The notes under the pieces: generated by a model
Seen by the model: the letters and a program-made list of their open reading frames with translations, nothing else
Databases searched by the model: none
Told to the model about the DNA's origin: nothing
Assembly (NCBI GenBank): GCA_012798455.1
Contig: JAAZNC010000081.1
Location: forward strand, 4,752 to 68,751
Reading direction: 5' to 3'
DNA: 64,000 nucleotides
From: Chloroflexota bacterium
GTDB lineage: Bacteria; Chloroflexota; Anaerolineae; Anaerolineales; Anaerolineaceae
Shown: one piece after another, positions 46,336-55,831 of the stretch
Position numbering within the stretch: the first letter of the stretch is position 1
Layout of the letters: each line of letters opens with the position of its first letter
Position numbers and translations under genes: made by a program

Positions 46336-47535
46336 ATGCATAAATCAAAATTTCTCAATTATCTGATGTTCGGCTTGCTTTATTTCACCCAGGGCACTGT
46401 GCTGGCGTATTTCTTGAGCGTCAATGCCCTGTACTTTAATGAAAATGGTCTGAGCGGGTTGGACCTGGGTATCTTCAGCACCATTGCCATGATCCCCTTT
46501 GTGATCAAGATCCTGTATGGCATGCTCAGTGACCGCTACGCCCTGTTTGGCATGGGGCACCGCAAGCCCTATATCCTGGTCGGATTGGCAGTGCAGGTGG
46601 TGAGCCTGGTGCTGGTGCCCTTCATCGATCTGAAGAGCGGTTATTGGTTGTTTGTGGGTGTGGCTTTTGTGTTGCAGATGGGTATGGCGCTTTACGATAC
46701 CTGCACCGATGGTCTGGCGCTGGATACCGTCCCCGAAGAGGAAGAAGGTACCATCCAGGCGATCATGGTGGGAGGGCGCGCCTTGGGGTTGGTGCTGACT
46801 GCACCGCTGGTGGGGTTGCTGGCAGAATATGTGGGTTGGAACTGGGTGTTCTGGAGCATGGCGATCACCACGCTCTTTCCTTTACCACTGGTGTTGGGCA
46901 TCCATGCTGAAAAGAAAGAGACAACCACGAAGTTCAACTGGGGCGCGTTCCGCTCATTCAAAGATAAATACGTGGTGGCGATCGCCCTGGTGGGTTTTGT
47001 GTTCTTCGCTGTGTATGCGGGAGTGAACGCCATCGTCAATCTGTCACTGGAGATGCGCTTTGCAGGTGAGTTCAACAAGGCGGTGGCAGGATTGGTTTCG
47101 GCGGTGCTCGGTAGCGGCATCATCCTGGGTGGCATTTTCGGTGGACGTGTGTTGGATAGACTGGGCAAGCAGAAAGCTATTTGGGCAGCATTGCTCACCT
47201 CATTAACTGCTTGCTTGGTGTTTGCCTTCATCCCTAACCCGGGCTGGGCTTGGGGGGTGGTGTTCGTGGTGGGGCTGTCCTTTGGGGTGCAGCAAACTAT
47301 CATCTTTGCCCTCTCGATGAATGCCACCGATACGCGTATTGCAGCTTCCATGTATTCCATTCTCATGGCGGTTACCAATGTGGCGCAGGCGGTCGGCATG
47401 TTTTTGAGCGCCAGCCTCACGGACGGCATCGGTTTCGTGTGGGTGTTTGTGGTGATGGGTGCTATCAACCTGCTCTCCATCCCGTTCATCCGTACCATTC
47501 ACAGAGGAAAAAACCAGATAGAGCCTGTAGCTTGA
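46336..47535 (+). CDS. MFS transporter (AmpG/BT1-like)
   Basis: 12-TM pattern, LLYFTQG and DRYALFGMGHRKPY loop motifs. Confidence 0.82.
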   Translation: MHKSKFLNYLMFGLLYFTQGTVLAYFLSVNALYFNENGLSGLDLGIFSTIAMIPFVIKILYGMLSDRYALFGMGHRKPYILVGLAVQVVSLVLVPFIDLKSGYWLFVGVAFVLQMGMALYDTCTDGLALDTVPEEEEGTIQAIMVGGRALGLVLTAPLVGLLAEYVGWNWVFWSMAITTLFPLPLVLGIHAEKKETTTKFNWGAFRSFKDKYVVAIALVGFVFFAVYAGVNAIVNLSLEMRFAGEFNKAVAGLVSAVLGSGIILGGIFGGRVLDRLGKQKAIWAALLTSLTACLVFAFIPNPGWAWGVVFVVGLSFGVQQTIIFALSMNATDTRIAASMYSILMAVTNVAQAVGMFLSASLTDGIGFVWVFVVMGAINLLSIPFIRTIHRGKNQIEPVA

Positions 47536-47536
47536 C

Positions 47537-48307
47537 ATGCAAGTGCACGAACACAATCAAAAAGCTTGGGATAAAATGGCTGTCGATGGTATCGAATGGT
47601 CCATTCCCATCTCGACCGAGGTGGTCGAGCAAGCCCGTCACGGTAATTGGCAGGTGTTGCTGACCGAATCGAAATACGTGCCACGCACCTGGTTCCCCGC
47701 TGACCTGCAAGGCTTGGAAGTGCTGTGCCTGGCGAGCGGGGGTGGGCAACAAGCGCCCACCCTGGCAGCTGCCGGTGCGCATGTCACCAGCTACGATCTA
47801 TCCATGGAGCAGCTCAAGCGCGACGCTCTGGTTGCGGAACGCGAAGGGCTGGACCTGACCATCGTGCAAGGGGATATGCGCGATCTTGCAGTTTTTCCAG
47901 ACGAACGCTTTGACCTGATCTTCCATCCGGTTTCCAACGTGTTCATCCCGGATGTGCTGCCGGTGTGGCGGGAAGCCTTTCGGGTGCTCAAACACGGGGG
48001 TGTGCTGCTGGCGGGTTTCATGAACCCGCTGGAATATATCTTTGATCCTGAACTGCAAAAGCAGGGTATCTACCAGGCGAAATATCGCCTGCCCTATTCG
48101 GATGTGACCAGCATCACCCCTGAAGAACATGCGCGCCTGTATGGGAAGGATGAAGCCCTGGAGTTCAGCCATACCCTAGAAGAACAGATCGGCGGGCAGC
48201 TTGCGGCGGGTTTCGTGATTACTGGTTTTTACGAATCCGAGCGTGCCAATGATCCCATCGCGCAGTTCATGCCCTCTTATATCGCCACCCGGGCGTTAAA
48301 GGGTTGA
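47537..48307 (+). CDS. class I SAM-dependent methyltransferase
   Basis: VLCLASGGGQQ (motif I), DLS, and FHPVSNVF ... LKHGGVLL. Confidence 0.8.
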   Translation: MQVHEHNQKAWDKMAVDGIEWSIPISTEVVEQARHGNWQVLLTESKYVPRTWFPADLQGLEVLCLASGGGQQAPTLAAAGAHVTSYDLSMEQLKRDALVAEREGLDLTIVQGDMRDLAVFPDERFDLIFHPVSNVFIPDVLPVWREAFRVLKHGGVLLAGFMNPLEYIFDPELQKQGIYQAKYRLPYSDVTSITPEEHARLYGKDEALEFSHTLEEQIGGQLAAGFVITGFYESERANDPIAQFMPSYIATRALKG

Positions 48308-48365
48308 CTTTTCCTGGGTGCCTTTTATACAATCTACTGTATCAAACTTTTACCGGTGCAAGCAA

Positions 48366-49439
48366 ATGAATAAAAAACAAAGATCGATTGTAATAACTCT
48401 CTCTATTCCGCTGCTGATCCTGTTGGTCGCCTGTTCCTTTTCGCTTGATCTGGGCAACCCCACTGCTGACCCGAATGTGACGCCGGTGGCGTTGAACCAA
48501 CCGGTGCAATCCAATCCACAGCAGGATGTTGCCGTAGAAGATCAACTGCAGTTACCGCAGGTGGTGCATGCTATCACTCCAGGCGAACCGGGCAGTGCAG
48601 AACAATCCAAGGATGACATCGATTCCTCTATCACTGCGGATGAGCACTATGCCCTGGGAGATTCTTTCCGCCTGGGTAATTTCGAGCGACCCTTCACCGA
48701 TACCTTGATGGAATACAAACCCGAAACGGACCTGTTGCTGATCGATGTGACCTCGGATGAGGATTTCTATTATTTCACCTTTAGCTTGATTGATAAGAAC
48801 ACGGAATTGGGATATCCATCGGCGTACTACGGCATCGAGTTCGACACCGATTATGATGGGCGCGGAGATTATCTGTTATGGGCACCTGGCGACGCCAACA
48901 CCCAATGGAATACGGATGACGTGATGCTGTTGTATGATAGCAACGATGATGTGGGTGGCACGAATCCGGTGGTGCCGGACGGGCACAAAGGCAATGGCTA
49001 TGATCAGGTGCTGTTCGCGCGCGACGTACAACATGACCCGGATGCCGCTTGGAAGCGCCTTAACCCTTACAGCTCCAGCGCCATCCAACTGGCGGTGAAG
49101 GTGAGCTTGATCAATAATAACCGTTTTTATTGGAAAGCCTGGAGCGATAAGAGCATCATGGATCCCACCAAGTTCGATTATAACGATTGGTATTCGGAAA
49201 GTCAGGCAGGTTCACCCAACAAGAACAGCACGGATTATCCCGTGGCGATGCTCAATCAGGTGGATTCCACCTGCTGGGCAGCCTACAATCTGGAACCGAC
49301 CGGTACGGAGCTGGGTGGTTGCATTGTGAAGCAGGAACTTCAATGCAACTGTGTGAACGTAACCGCGTTAAGCCAGGCTTGCTGCGCCCAATGTGGTCTT
49401 GTTTGGGACAACACGGTTGGTTTCTGTAAGATCAGATAG
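48366..49439 (+). CDS. lipoprotein of unknown function with a Cys-rich C-terminal tail
   Basis: Lipobox (LLVAC) after the ATG at 48366. The C-terminal 60 aa hold 9 Cys, including CNC and CC. Confidence 0.6.
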   Translation: MNKKQRSIVITLSIPLLILLVACSFSLDLGNPTADPNVTPVALNQPVQSNPQQDVAVEDQLQLPQVVHAITPGEPGSAEQSKDDIDSSITADEHYALGDSFRLGNFERPFTDTLMEYKPETDLLLIDVTSDEDFYYFTFSLIDKNTELGYPSAYYGIEFDTDYDGRGDYLLWAPGDANTQWNTDDVMLLYDSNDDVGGTNPVVPDGHKGNGYDQVLFARDVQHDPDAAWKRLNPYSSSAIQLAVKVSLINNNRFYWKAWSDKSIMDPTKFDYNDWYSESQAGSPNKNSTDYPVAMLNQVDSTCWAAYNLEPTGTELGGCIVKQELQCNCVNVTALSQACCAQCGLVWDNTVGFCKIR

Positions 49440-49458
49440 TGAAAGTAAAAAATCTAAG

Positions 49459-49940
49459 AATGTGCGTCTTGTATCTTGAGTGCGCACATCAACCGTCGGA
49501 AGCACCCATAACCTTCCAATATATCATCTTGATAGGTAGGGCGCATTTCCATATGCGCCTGAAAGTAGCGAGAGATCTCACCAATTCCATCTCAATCAAT
49601 TTATAAGTCGCAAATCACAAACCCTTTATAATGTCACCCTATCCCAAGGGCGGTTTTCCATAACCGCCATCGAAAAATCCTATCTCAAGGGCGCATTTCC
49701 ATATACGCCGGAAAAATCTAAGCATCCTTAACCCTCTCCTAATGTCATCTCGAACGAAGTGAGAGATCTCTCCTGATCTTTCTCAATCAACACGTAAGTC
49801 GTAAAGCAATGATCTTGAAAAAACGTCACCCTGAACGGAGTGAAGGGTCTTTCATGTTGTTGTTCATCCATTGTCCAAACCACAATCTCATGCCCTTCTC
49901 ATCCATGTTATCTTGTAAGGTGGTCTTTCGTAACCGCCGA
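49459..49940. repeat. cluster of GC-rich hairpin repeats forming two degenerate tandem copies of a composite element
   Basis: Hairpins occur at 49459-49488, 49539-49558, 49648-49667, 49689-49708 and 49918-49937, three with the identical loop TTCCAT. The blocks GAGAGATCTC, TCTCAATCAA...TAAGTCG and GTCACCCT recur 191 nt apart. Confidence 0.7.
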
Positions 49941-50054
49941 CCATTGCTAACATATTGAGTGCCCATATGAATTCATACCTAGGTTACAAAGTTAAAAGGA
50001 CACTCTAATGGGAACGCTGCAGGGGTGTCAAAGGAAATGAGTGCGAATGAACCA

Positions 50055-50513
50055 TCAAATAGCTGGTTCTTTTGATAGAAATACCCCACGCAATTCCTCC
50101 TTTGTCCTTGCTGCCTTGAGCTTTTCAATACACTCTTCATCCTCTAGTATATTCGCCACCTTCATTAACCCCTGGATATGTTCTTCATGATCGATAGCTG
50201 CCAGCGCGATCACCAGGAATACCGGATCGTTATCCTCATTGCCAAAATTTACCGGCTCTTTCAGGCGCACCACCGCAATGCTGGCGCTGATCACCCCGTC
50301 TTCGGGTTGGGCATGCGGTAGGGCGATACCGGGTGCAACCACGATATAAGCACCGAATTCTTTTGCAACACGGATCATGGCATCAGGAAAGCGCTCTTCC
50401 ACCGTGCCGGCATCAACCATTAATTTCCCCGCTGCTCGGATGGCTTCTTCCCAATTCTTGGCAGCTACACTGATTTCCACGAGCTCCGGTTTGATCAGAT
50501 CTTCTATGTTCAA
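50055..50513 (-). CDS. PTS EIIA, mannitol/fructose/ascorbate (EIIA-2) type
   Basis: GIALPHAQPEDG active-site loop. TTG start at 50513, six nt after AAGGAG. Confidence 0.85.
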   Translation of the reverse strand: MNIEDLIKPELVEISVAAKNWEEAIRAAGKLMVDAGTVEERFPDAMIRVAKEFGAYIVVAPGIALPHAQPEDGVISASIAVVRLKEPVNFGNEDNDPVFLVIALAAIDHEEHIQGLMKVANILEDEECIEKLKAARTKEELRGVFLSKEPAI

Positions 50514-50547
50514 AGATTTCTCCTTGGGATCTTATTTTGGATAATTT

Positions 50548-52491
50548 TCAATTTGCTCCGGTCCATTCCAGTCCCAATTCGACGATCTTCATATTGGTGG
50601 GATTACCGGTAATTACATCCCAGCCTCGTTGCAGATAATATGCACTTTTAGCTTCTTCAAACTCCTGATGATCGAATTTGAACCCATCTGTCGGACCACC
50701 TTGCAAAGGCTCGAACATACGGCTCGGAAGTTGATCTTTCTCGCGAGTGTATCCTTCCCTGGCGTTGAAAATACGCATCAGGTTCACTCGCCGTTCCCCA
50801 ACCGCCAATAATTCATTTAATGTGGTATCCCAACCGGTGATGGAGTTAACGATTTCCGGGACTTCCAGCGGTTCGAATAACCCACCGAAAGTGCCGATCA
50901 CAAATTGGCAATAACACAGACTATCCATCAGGCTGTCGTAATTTTGGGTGATGGATGCGAAACGCATTTTTTCAGCATCCAATGAACGAGGTAAAGTGGG
51001 ATTATTCAATCCAAGCTGCTGGAGAAAAGAAGGGACTGGTGCATTGCTATCCGGATTTTGTTTTTCGTAAAACGGATCATGACCGCTGCTCATATGATCT
51101 GCACCAAACGGGTTGACTGCGTAGATAATGCCTAAACTCACTTTGGCGCGCGGCATATGTGCCGGAATTTCCTGGCGATTTGCTGCTACTACTAATTTAT
51201 CTGATCCCTTCCCCAAAATTTCAGCCGCACGCGCGGACCCAAGCGCCAATAGGTTACCCAAGCGACTACCTGCTGCAATTGCCTCAACCGCTTGTAAATA
51301 AGCTTTGGATTCTCCAAAGCGGAGTTCGATGCCATCCGTATCCTCGAGCGTCAATAGTCCTTTTTCAAAACATTCCATTGCCCAGGCGATCGTTCCGCCA
51401 CAAGAAATGGTGTCAATACCATAGCGATTACAGATCTCATTCGCCTTGGCGATCGTTGGAAAATCGCTGATGCCACATGAACTGCCCATCAATCCCAACG
51501 TCTCGTATTCGGGACCCCCGTAGCGTTTATCAATTGAAAAATTATTGTTGCTGAACTCCACAACGCGTTTACAACGAACCGGGCAGGCAAAACAAGTATC
51601 CCTGCCAAGAGTATCTTGCTTGCCTTCCTCGGCTCCACACAGGTATTGATCGTACATCAGTTCGCCGCTGATTCCATCCGCACCCGTAAATATCCCACTT
51701 TTGAAATTATGAGTGGGTAGTTGACCACTGGCACTCTGACCAAGAACGCTGATGGCAGTACCTAATCTTCCTAAGGATTGAATAGGAGAATCCTTAAACC
51801 TGGTTACACCCTTTTTTGACCAATATTTGAACTGTACCGCATCGGCAACTTTAAAGTTCTTGCGACCCTGACGTCCGCGCACAGCAATGGCTTTTAAATT
51901 CTTGGAACCCATCACTGCCCCCATGCCGGTGCGTCCCACGGTGTGATTGCACATGAACATGATCGAAGCATACCTGACGCCACGTTCACCTGCCGGACCG
52001 ATCTGAGCGACCACGATTCTGTCATCACCTAATTCGACTTTGATCTGATCTTCACACTCGCCGGTAGTTTCTCCCCAAAGATGGCTGGCATATCTGAGCT
52101 CATATTTTCCATCGTCTACCCACAGATAAACCGGTTTGGGTGATTTGCCAGTGAAGATGAAAGCATCGAACCCGGCATATTTCATCTCTGGTGGAAAATA
52201 ACCACCTGCCTGCCCATCACCGATTAGTCCGGTGAGGGGACTCTTGGCAGAAGCCACCACCCGACTTTGTCCGGCAATTGCTGCACCGGTGATCACACTG
52301 ACCGATATGATGAGGACATTCTTTTCACTTAATGGCTCTGTTCCAGTAGGGATCATATTGAATAGATAGTAGCAATTTAATGCACTCCCTCCCAGATATT
52401 TTCGATAAAAGGATTCATGGGGAGTTTCCACTTTGAAGGATTGATGGGTTAGATCGATATGTAAAATCTTGCCGTTATAACCGTAAGGCAT
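50548..52491 (-). CDS. aldehyde:ferredoxin oxidoreductase family enzyme (tungstopterin/4Fe-4S type)
   Basis: AOR N-terminal domain (GKILHIDLT ... YLGGSAL), CFACPVRC cluster motif and GPEYETLG. 647 aa with an AAGGAGG RBS. Confidence 0.9.
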   Translation of the reverse strand: MPYGYNGKILHIDLTHQSFKVETPHESFYRKYLGGSALNCYYLFNMIPTGTEPLSEKNVLIISVSVITGAAIAGQSRVVASAKSPLTGLIGDGQAGGYFPPEMKYAGFDAFIFTGKSPKPVYLWVDDGKYELRYASHLWGETTGECEDQIKVELGDDRIVVAQIGPAGERGVRYASIMFMCNHTVGRTGMGAVMGSKNLKAIAVRGRQGRKNFKVADAVQFKYWSKKGVTRFKDSPIQSLGRLGTAISVLGQSASGQLPTHNFKSGIFTGADGISGELMYDQYLCGAEEGKQDTLGRDTCFACPVRCKRVVEFSNNNFSIDKRYGGPEYETLGLMGSSCGISDFPTIAKANEICNRYGIDTISCGGTIAWAMECFEKGLLTLEDTDGIELRFGESKAYLQAVEAIAAGSRLGNLLALGSARAAEILGKGSDKLVVAANRQEIPAHMPRAKVSLGIIYAVNPFGADHMSSGHDPFYEKQNPDSNAPVPSFLQQLGLNNPTLPRSLDAEKMRFASITQNYDSLMDSLCYCQFVIGTFGGLFEPLEVPEIVNSITGWDTTLNELLAVGERRVNLMRIFNAREGYTREKDQLPSRMFEPLQGGPTDGFKFDHQEFEEAKSAYYLQRGWDVITGNPTNMKIVELGLEWTGAN

Positions 52492-52570
52492 AGGTCCTCC
52501 TTGTGATCAAGGATCAATTACAATATTAAATGAATGGACTGTTCGCTCTAATCCAAGCCAGTGTATGAGT

Positions 52571-52600
52571 CTATAGCAAAACTACTCTTTTAAAGAGTAG
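52571..52600 (-). terminator. weak AU-rich hairpin plus U4 overlapping the stop codon of the PTE-family gene
   Basis: On the minus strand, CUACUCUU-loop-AAGAGUAG followed by UUUUG. It may be a partial terminator between the lactonase and AOR genes. Confidence 0.3.
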
Positions 52601-53514
52601 AACCTGGCAGGATTATGGATCATGAAATTATCAATGGTTTCTTGACTGAATCCTTCATCCAACAAACGCGGTAAGAATTTTTGCTTTATCCACGTCCAGC
52701 CGGGTCCGCCGCCGTAAACGGTGTGATGGGATTTCTTGCCCATGTCGTTGCACAACATGATCTGTTTTTCAAAACCGGCATCGACCAGCTTGCGAAGCAA
52801 CTCCACCCGCATGCTATCAGGGTAGTATTTGGCTTTACCGGGACCATCATAAATGATATAGCAGCCCTTTTCGGCGATCTTCTTGTGGTACCAGAAGTCC
52901 GGATTGCGGTCGAGATGCGCCAGACCGAAACGGGTCAGATCCATTCCTTCCGATTCTACGATTTCGATTTGTTCGAATCCCCAGGTGCCGATTTCTGTAT
53001 GGGTATGAACTGGAACTCCGGTGATCATGGCTGCACGAGCGGCAGCCCGCAGGGCTTTTTCTTGCAGCGGTGTGATGTAGCAGTACATGCTCGCACCCTT
53101 GATCCACCCGGCTTTGATATCCGTACCATCCATTCCGACTGTGATCTCTTTGACGAATAAATCGGTCATTTCTTCAACGGACATTTTCACCATATCCTGG
53201 CAGTTAGCCTGGTTTTCGGCTTCTTTTACAAATCCGGTGCATGCCACAATATGAACACCGCTTTGTTCCGCAGCAACTTTCATACGAGCAGCATCGCGCC
53301 CATCCTGGTAGCGGGGATTGGCATCGATGATTGCATTTCCACCTACTGCTTTATACTCGCGTAAAATTTGTAATTGCTCATTCCAACGATAAAGACTCCA
53401 CTCAATATCAGGTTTCCCATGCCCGGCGATGTCCATAAAAACATGCTCATGTGCCATGGTAAAGCCAAGTTTTGAAGAATCAATATCACCCAAGACTGTT
53501 CTGATCTTTCCCAT
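52582..53514 (-). CDS. phosphotriesterase-homology protein (amidohydrolase COG1735), probable sugar(-phosphate) lactonase
   Basis: GFTMAHEHVFMD (HxH), plus further metal-ligand His and Asp positions along a 310-aa TIM barrel. Confidence 0.85.
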   Translation of the reverse strand: MGKIRTVLGDIDSSKLGFTMAHEHVFMDIAGHGKPDIEWSLYRWNEQLQILREYKAVGGNAIIDANPRYQDGRDAARMKVAAEQSGVHIVACTGFVKEAENQANCQDMVKMSVEEMTDLFVKEITVGMDGTDIKAGWIKGASMYCYITPLQEKALRAAARAAMITGVPVHTHTEIGTWGFEQIEIVESEGMDLTRFGLAHLDRNPDFWYHKKIAEKGCYIIYDGPGKAKYYPDSMRVELLRKLVDAGFEKQIMLCNDMGKKSHHTVYGGGPGWTWIKQKFLPRLLDEGFSQETIDNFMIHNPARFYSLKE

Positions 53515-53601
53515 AATGTGACCTCGCTAAAAATTTCGTAGAAAGTGATTTTTGTTATCGTAAATGTGGGTATCTAAAAAGTCAACTATTTGGCGCTCAA
53601 A

Positions 53602-53652
53602 GCACAAATACTATAAATGCACAAATGTGCATTATCTACAAATGTGATATCT
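53602..53652. promoter_or_regulatory. three tandem 17-bp direct repeats (GCACAAATA.../GCACAAATG.../CTACAAATG...) containing the inverted repeat AATGCACA-AA-TGTGCATT (53616-53633)
   Basis: Seen directly. It lies between two divergent promoters, about 30-40 nt upstream of each -35 box. Confidence 0.4.
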
Positions 53653-53664
53653 GGACCACCTTTG

Positions 53665-53693
53665 TTGACAAAAAATTTTTGCGATACTAGTAT
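53665..53693 (+). promoter_or_regulatory. sigma70-type promoter for the EIIC-EIIB unit
   Basis: TTGACA (53665-53670), a 17 nt spacer, then TAGTAT (53688-53693). Confidence 0.5.
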
Positions 53694-53828
53694 TTTTTCA
53701 TAGAAATCATATTAGAGAATTTCAATTCGGGAGGTGCACAGAAATAAATGTATTAACAAGTGTTTGAAAAATGTGAATTATTCACAACAAAAGAATATCT
53801 TATTAGATTATTAAGAAAGGTGGTAAAA

Positions 53829-55328
53829 ATGTTTCTCACCGCATGGAATTGGTTTTTAACAAATGTTTTTACAAAACCGGCGTGGTTTCTCGGATTAATG
53901 GTATTCATTGGATGCCTTCTTATTAAGAAACCCATTTATGAGGCATTTGCCAGTTTTGTAAAGGCAGTGGTGGGCTATATGATCTTCAGTGTGGCTTCAA
54001 GTGGCATGGTAACAGCCTTCCGACCGATCCTCTTTGCTCTCAACGGGCGGTTTAATCTCGAGGCTGCTGTGATTGATCCATATTTTGGAGCAGCTCCTTT
54101 ACAGAAATCCATCACGGAAATTGCCGGTAGACCCATGAGCATAGCGACCCTGGCAATGATCATCGGCTTTGCCATCAACATTTTCCTGGTTTATTTTAAA
54201 AAGCAGACCAAAGTACGCTCCCTTATGGTAGGTGGTCATGTCATGAACTTGGGATCATGGGGAATCATTGCCTATATCGTTTTAATGATCCCGAACATCA
54301 GCGATCTGGGTGCCATCATTGCCGGTGGTCTTCTCTGTGGTTTGACCTGGGGCGTCTTTTCTAACCTGACGGTTGAACCAACCCAGGAATTGACCGATGG
54401 GGCAAGCATTGCTGTAGGGCATGCCCAGATGACAGGGGTATACATCTTTGACAAACTTTCCACATGGATCGGCAATAGGGATAAAAAGAAAGGCAAAGAA
54501 ATCAAAAGAATCGGCGAGATCAAACTTCCTGGTTTCTTTTCCATTATGAATGACACCACTGTAGCAGCCTCGATTGTCATGCTGCTTTTCTTTGGTGGCA
54601 TGATGCTGATCATCGGGAAAGAATATATGCTGACCGTGGATGAATCGCTGGCGACCCAGACCTGGGGTTTTTATCTGACTGAAAAATGTCTCACCTTTGT
54701 GGTCTACTTAAACATTATCATCCTGGGTATCAAGATGTTCGTGGGTGAATTAACTGAAGCTTTCACCGGCATCTCCCAAAAGATCTTGCGTGGAGCAATT
54801 CCGGCAGTGGATATCGCAGCCACTTTTGGTTTTACCGAGGGCAGTGTGGTTACTTTGGGCTTTTTGTTCGGTGGATTGGGATCCATCATCGCGATCATAT
54901 TATCAGTCTTGCTAAAGAGCCCAATCCTGGCGATCGTCGGATTCATCCCGATGTTCTTCGATAACGGTGGTATTGCCACTTTTGCTAATAATAAGGGTGG
55001 TTTAAAAGCAGTGATCATCTCCACCCTGATTGTTGGTATGGTGCACGTCTTTGGTGGAGGGCTCTACGCTTACTTCTATGGATTCTCCAAATTCGGTGGT
55101 GCAGCAGCCAACTTCGATATTGCAGCATGGCATACCCTGATGGGTGTCATCATGAAGAACTTGGGTATTGTTGGGATAGGGTTGATCTGTCTGGTGTTGA
55201 TCATCATCCCGCAAATCCAGTATCTACGGCACAAAGACACCTATTTCTTAGTGGTAGATAATTACGAGAAGTACAAAGAAGTCATGGCAAAGAAAGCCAG
55301 TGCCAAGTTAGCAGCGAAGAAGAATTAA
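53829..55328 (+). CDS. PTS ascorbate-family EIIC permease (UlaA/SgaT-like) with a C-terminal Lys/Ala-rich tail
   Basis: Polytopic and UlaA-like throughout. The start was moved to the ATG at 53829, after AAGGTGG. Confidence 0.85.
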   Translation: MFLTAWNWFLTNVFTKPAWFLGLMVFIGCLLIKKPIYEAFASFVKAVVGYMIFSVASSGMVTAFRPILFALNGRFNLEAAVIDPYFGAAPLQKSITEIAGRPMSIATLAMIIGFAINIFLVYFKKQTKVRSLMVGGHVMNLGSWGIIAYIVLMIPNISDLGAIIAGGLLCGLTWGVFSNLTVEPTQELTDGASIAVGHAQMTGVYIFDKLSTWIGNRDKKKGKEIKRIGEIKLPGFFSIMNDTTVAASIVMLLFFGGMMLIIGKEYMLTVDESLATQTWGFYLTEKCLTFVVYLNIIILGIKMFVGELTEAFTGISQKILRGAIPAVDIAATFGFTEGSVVTLGFLFGGLGSIIAIILSVLLKSPILAIVGFIPMFFDNGGIATFANNKGGLKAVIISTLIVGMVHVFGGGLYAYFYGFSKFGGAAANFDIAAWHTLMGVIMKNLGIVGIGLICLVLIIIPQIQYLRHKDTYFLVVDNYEKYKEVMAKKASAKLAAKKN

Positions 55329-55369
55329 AAGTAGGATAAGATTTCTCAGCAGAAAAAGGAGTTAGAAAA

Positions 55370-55678
55370 ATGACGCTTAAGGTTTTAGCTGCATGCGGAC
55401 AAGGGTTGGGAAGTTGCCAGATCATTACCATGAAATTGAATACGGTTTTCAAGAAAATAGGCATTGATGCCAAAGTGACCTCAAGTAATGTTTCAATGGC
55501 AAAATCAACTGCTGCCAGTTACGATGTTTTATTTTGTGGACAAACACTGGTGCCCAATTTTAAAACCGCTGAATCAAAAGGCGTCGTTGTCATTGGACTA
55601 AAGAACATAGTTTCTGAGAAAGAAATGGAAGAAAAGATCCGGGAAGCTATCGCCAGTGGCAAAATCAAGGCCGAGTAA
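55370..55678 (+). CDS. PTS ascorbate-family EIIB (UlaB/SgaB-like)
   Basis: KVLAACGQGLGSC phospho-Cys loop and an AAGGAG RBS. Confidence 0.8.
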   Translation: MTLKVLAACGQGLGSCQIITMKLNTVFKKIGIDAKVTSSNVSMAKSTAASYDVLFCGQTLVPNFKTAESKGVVVIGLKNIVSEKEMEEKIREAIASGKIKAE

Positions 55679-55688
55679 TTGACCGAAC

Positions 55689-55730
55689 AGCGGAGGGTGC
55701 CCAAGCCGTACCCTCCGCTTGTTTATTTTC
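55689..55730 (+). terminator. rho-independent terminator after EIIB
   Basis: AGCGGAGGGT ... ACCCTCCGCT stem followed by TGTTTATTTT. Confidence 0.7.
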
Positions 55731-55831
55731 ATTTCAAATATCCAAAGCTTTCAATCTCCTGAACGCTGGTGTGGATTGAATAATTCTGTAAAGAAAACAA
55801 ATAATCTTAAATTATTTAAAGAGGATCCCCC

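Noticed and set aside
46692-47498. 268-aa minus-strand ORF inside the MFS transporter gene, plus several 60-140-aa ORFs in the GC-rich 44.5-48.3 kb block
   Set aside because: The GC-rich sense genes leave long open antisense frames. The MFS, membrane-protein and methyltransferase readings are the ones with family motifs.
49440-50054. CRISPR array or MITE/IS remnant as the explanation for the repeat cluster
   Set aside because: The repeats are imperfect hairpins of different types. They are not regularly spaced identical direct repeats separated by unique spacers. No cas gene, transposase gene, terminal inverted repeats or target-site duplication could be recognised.
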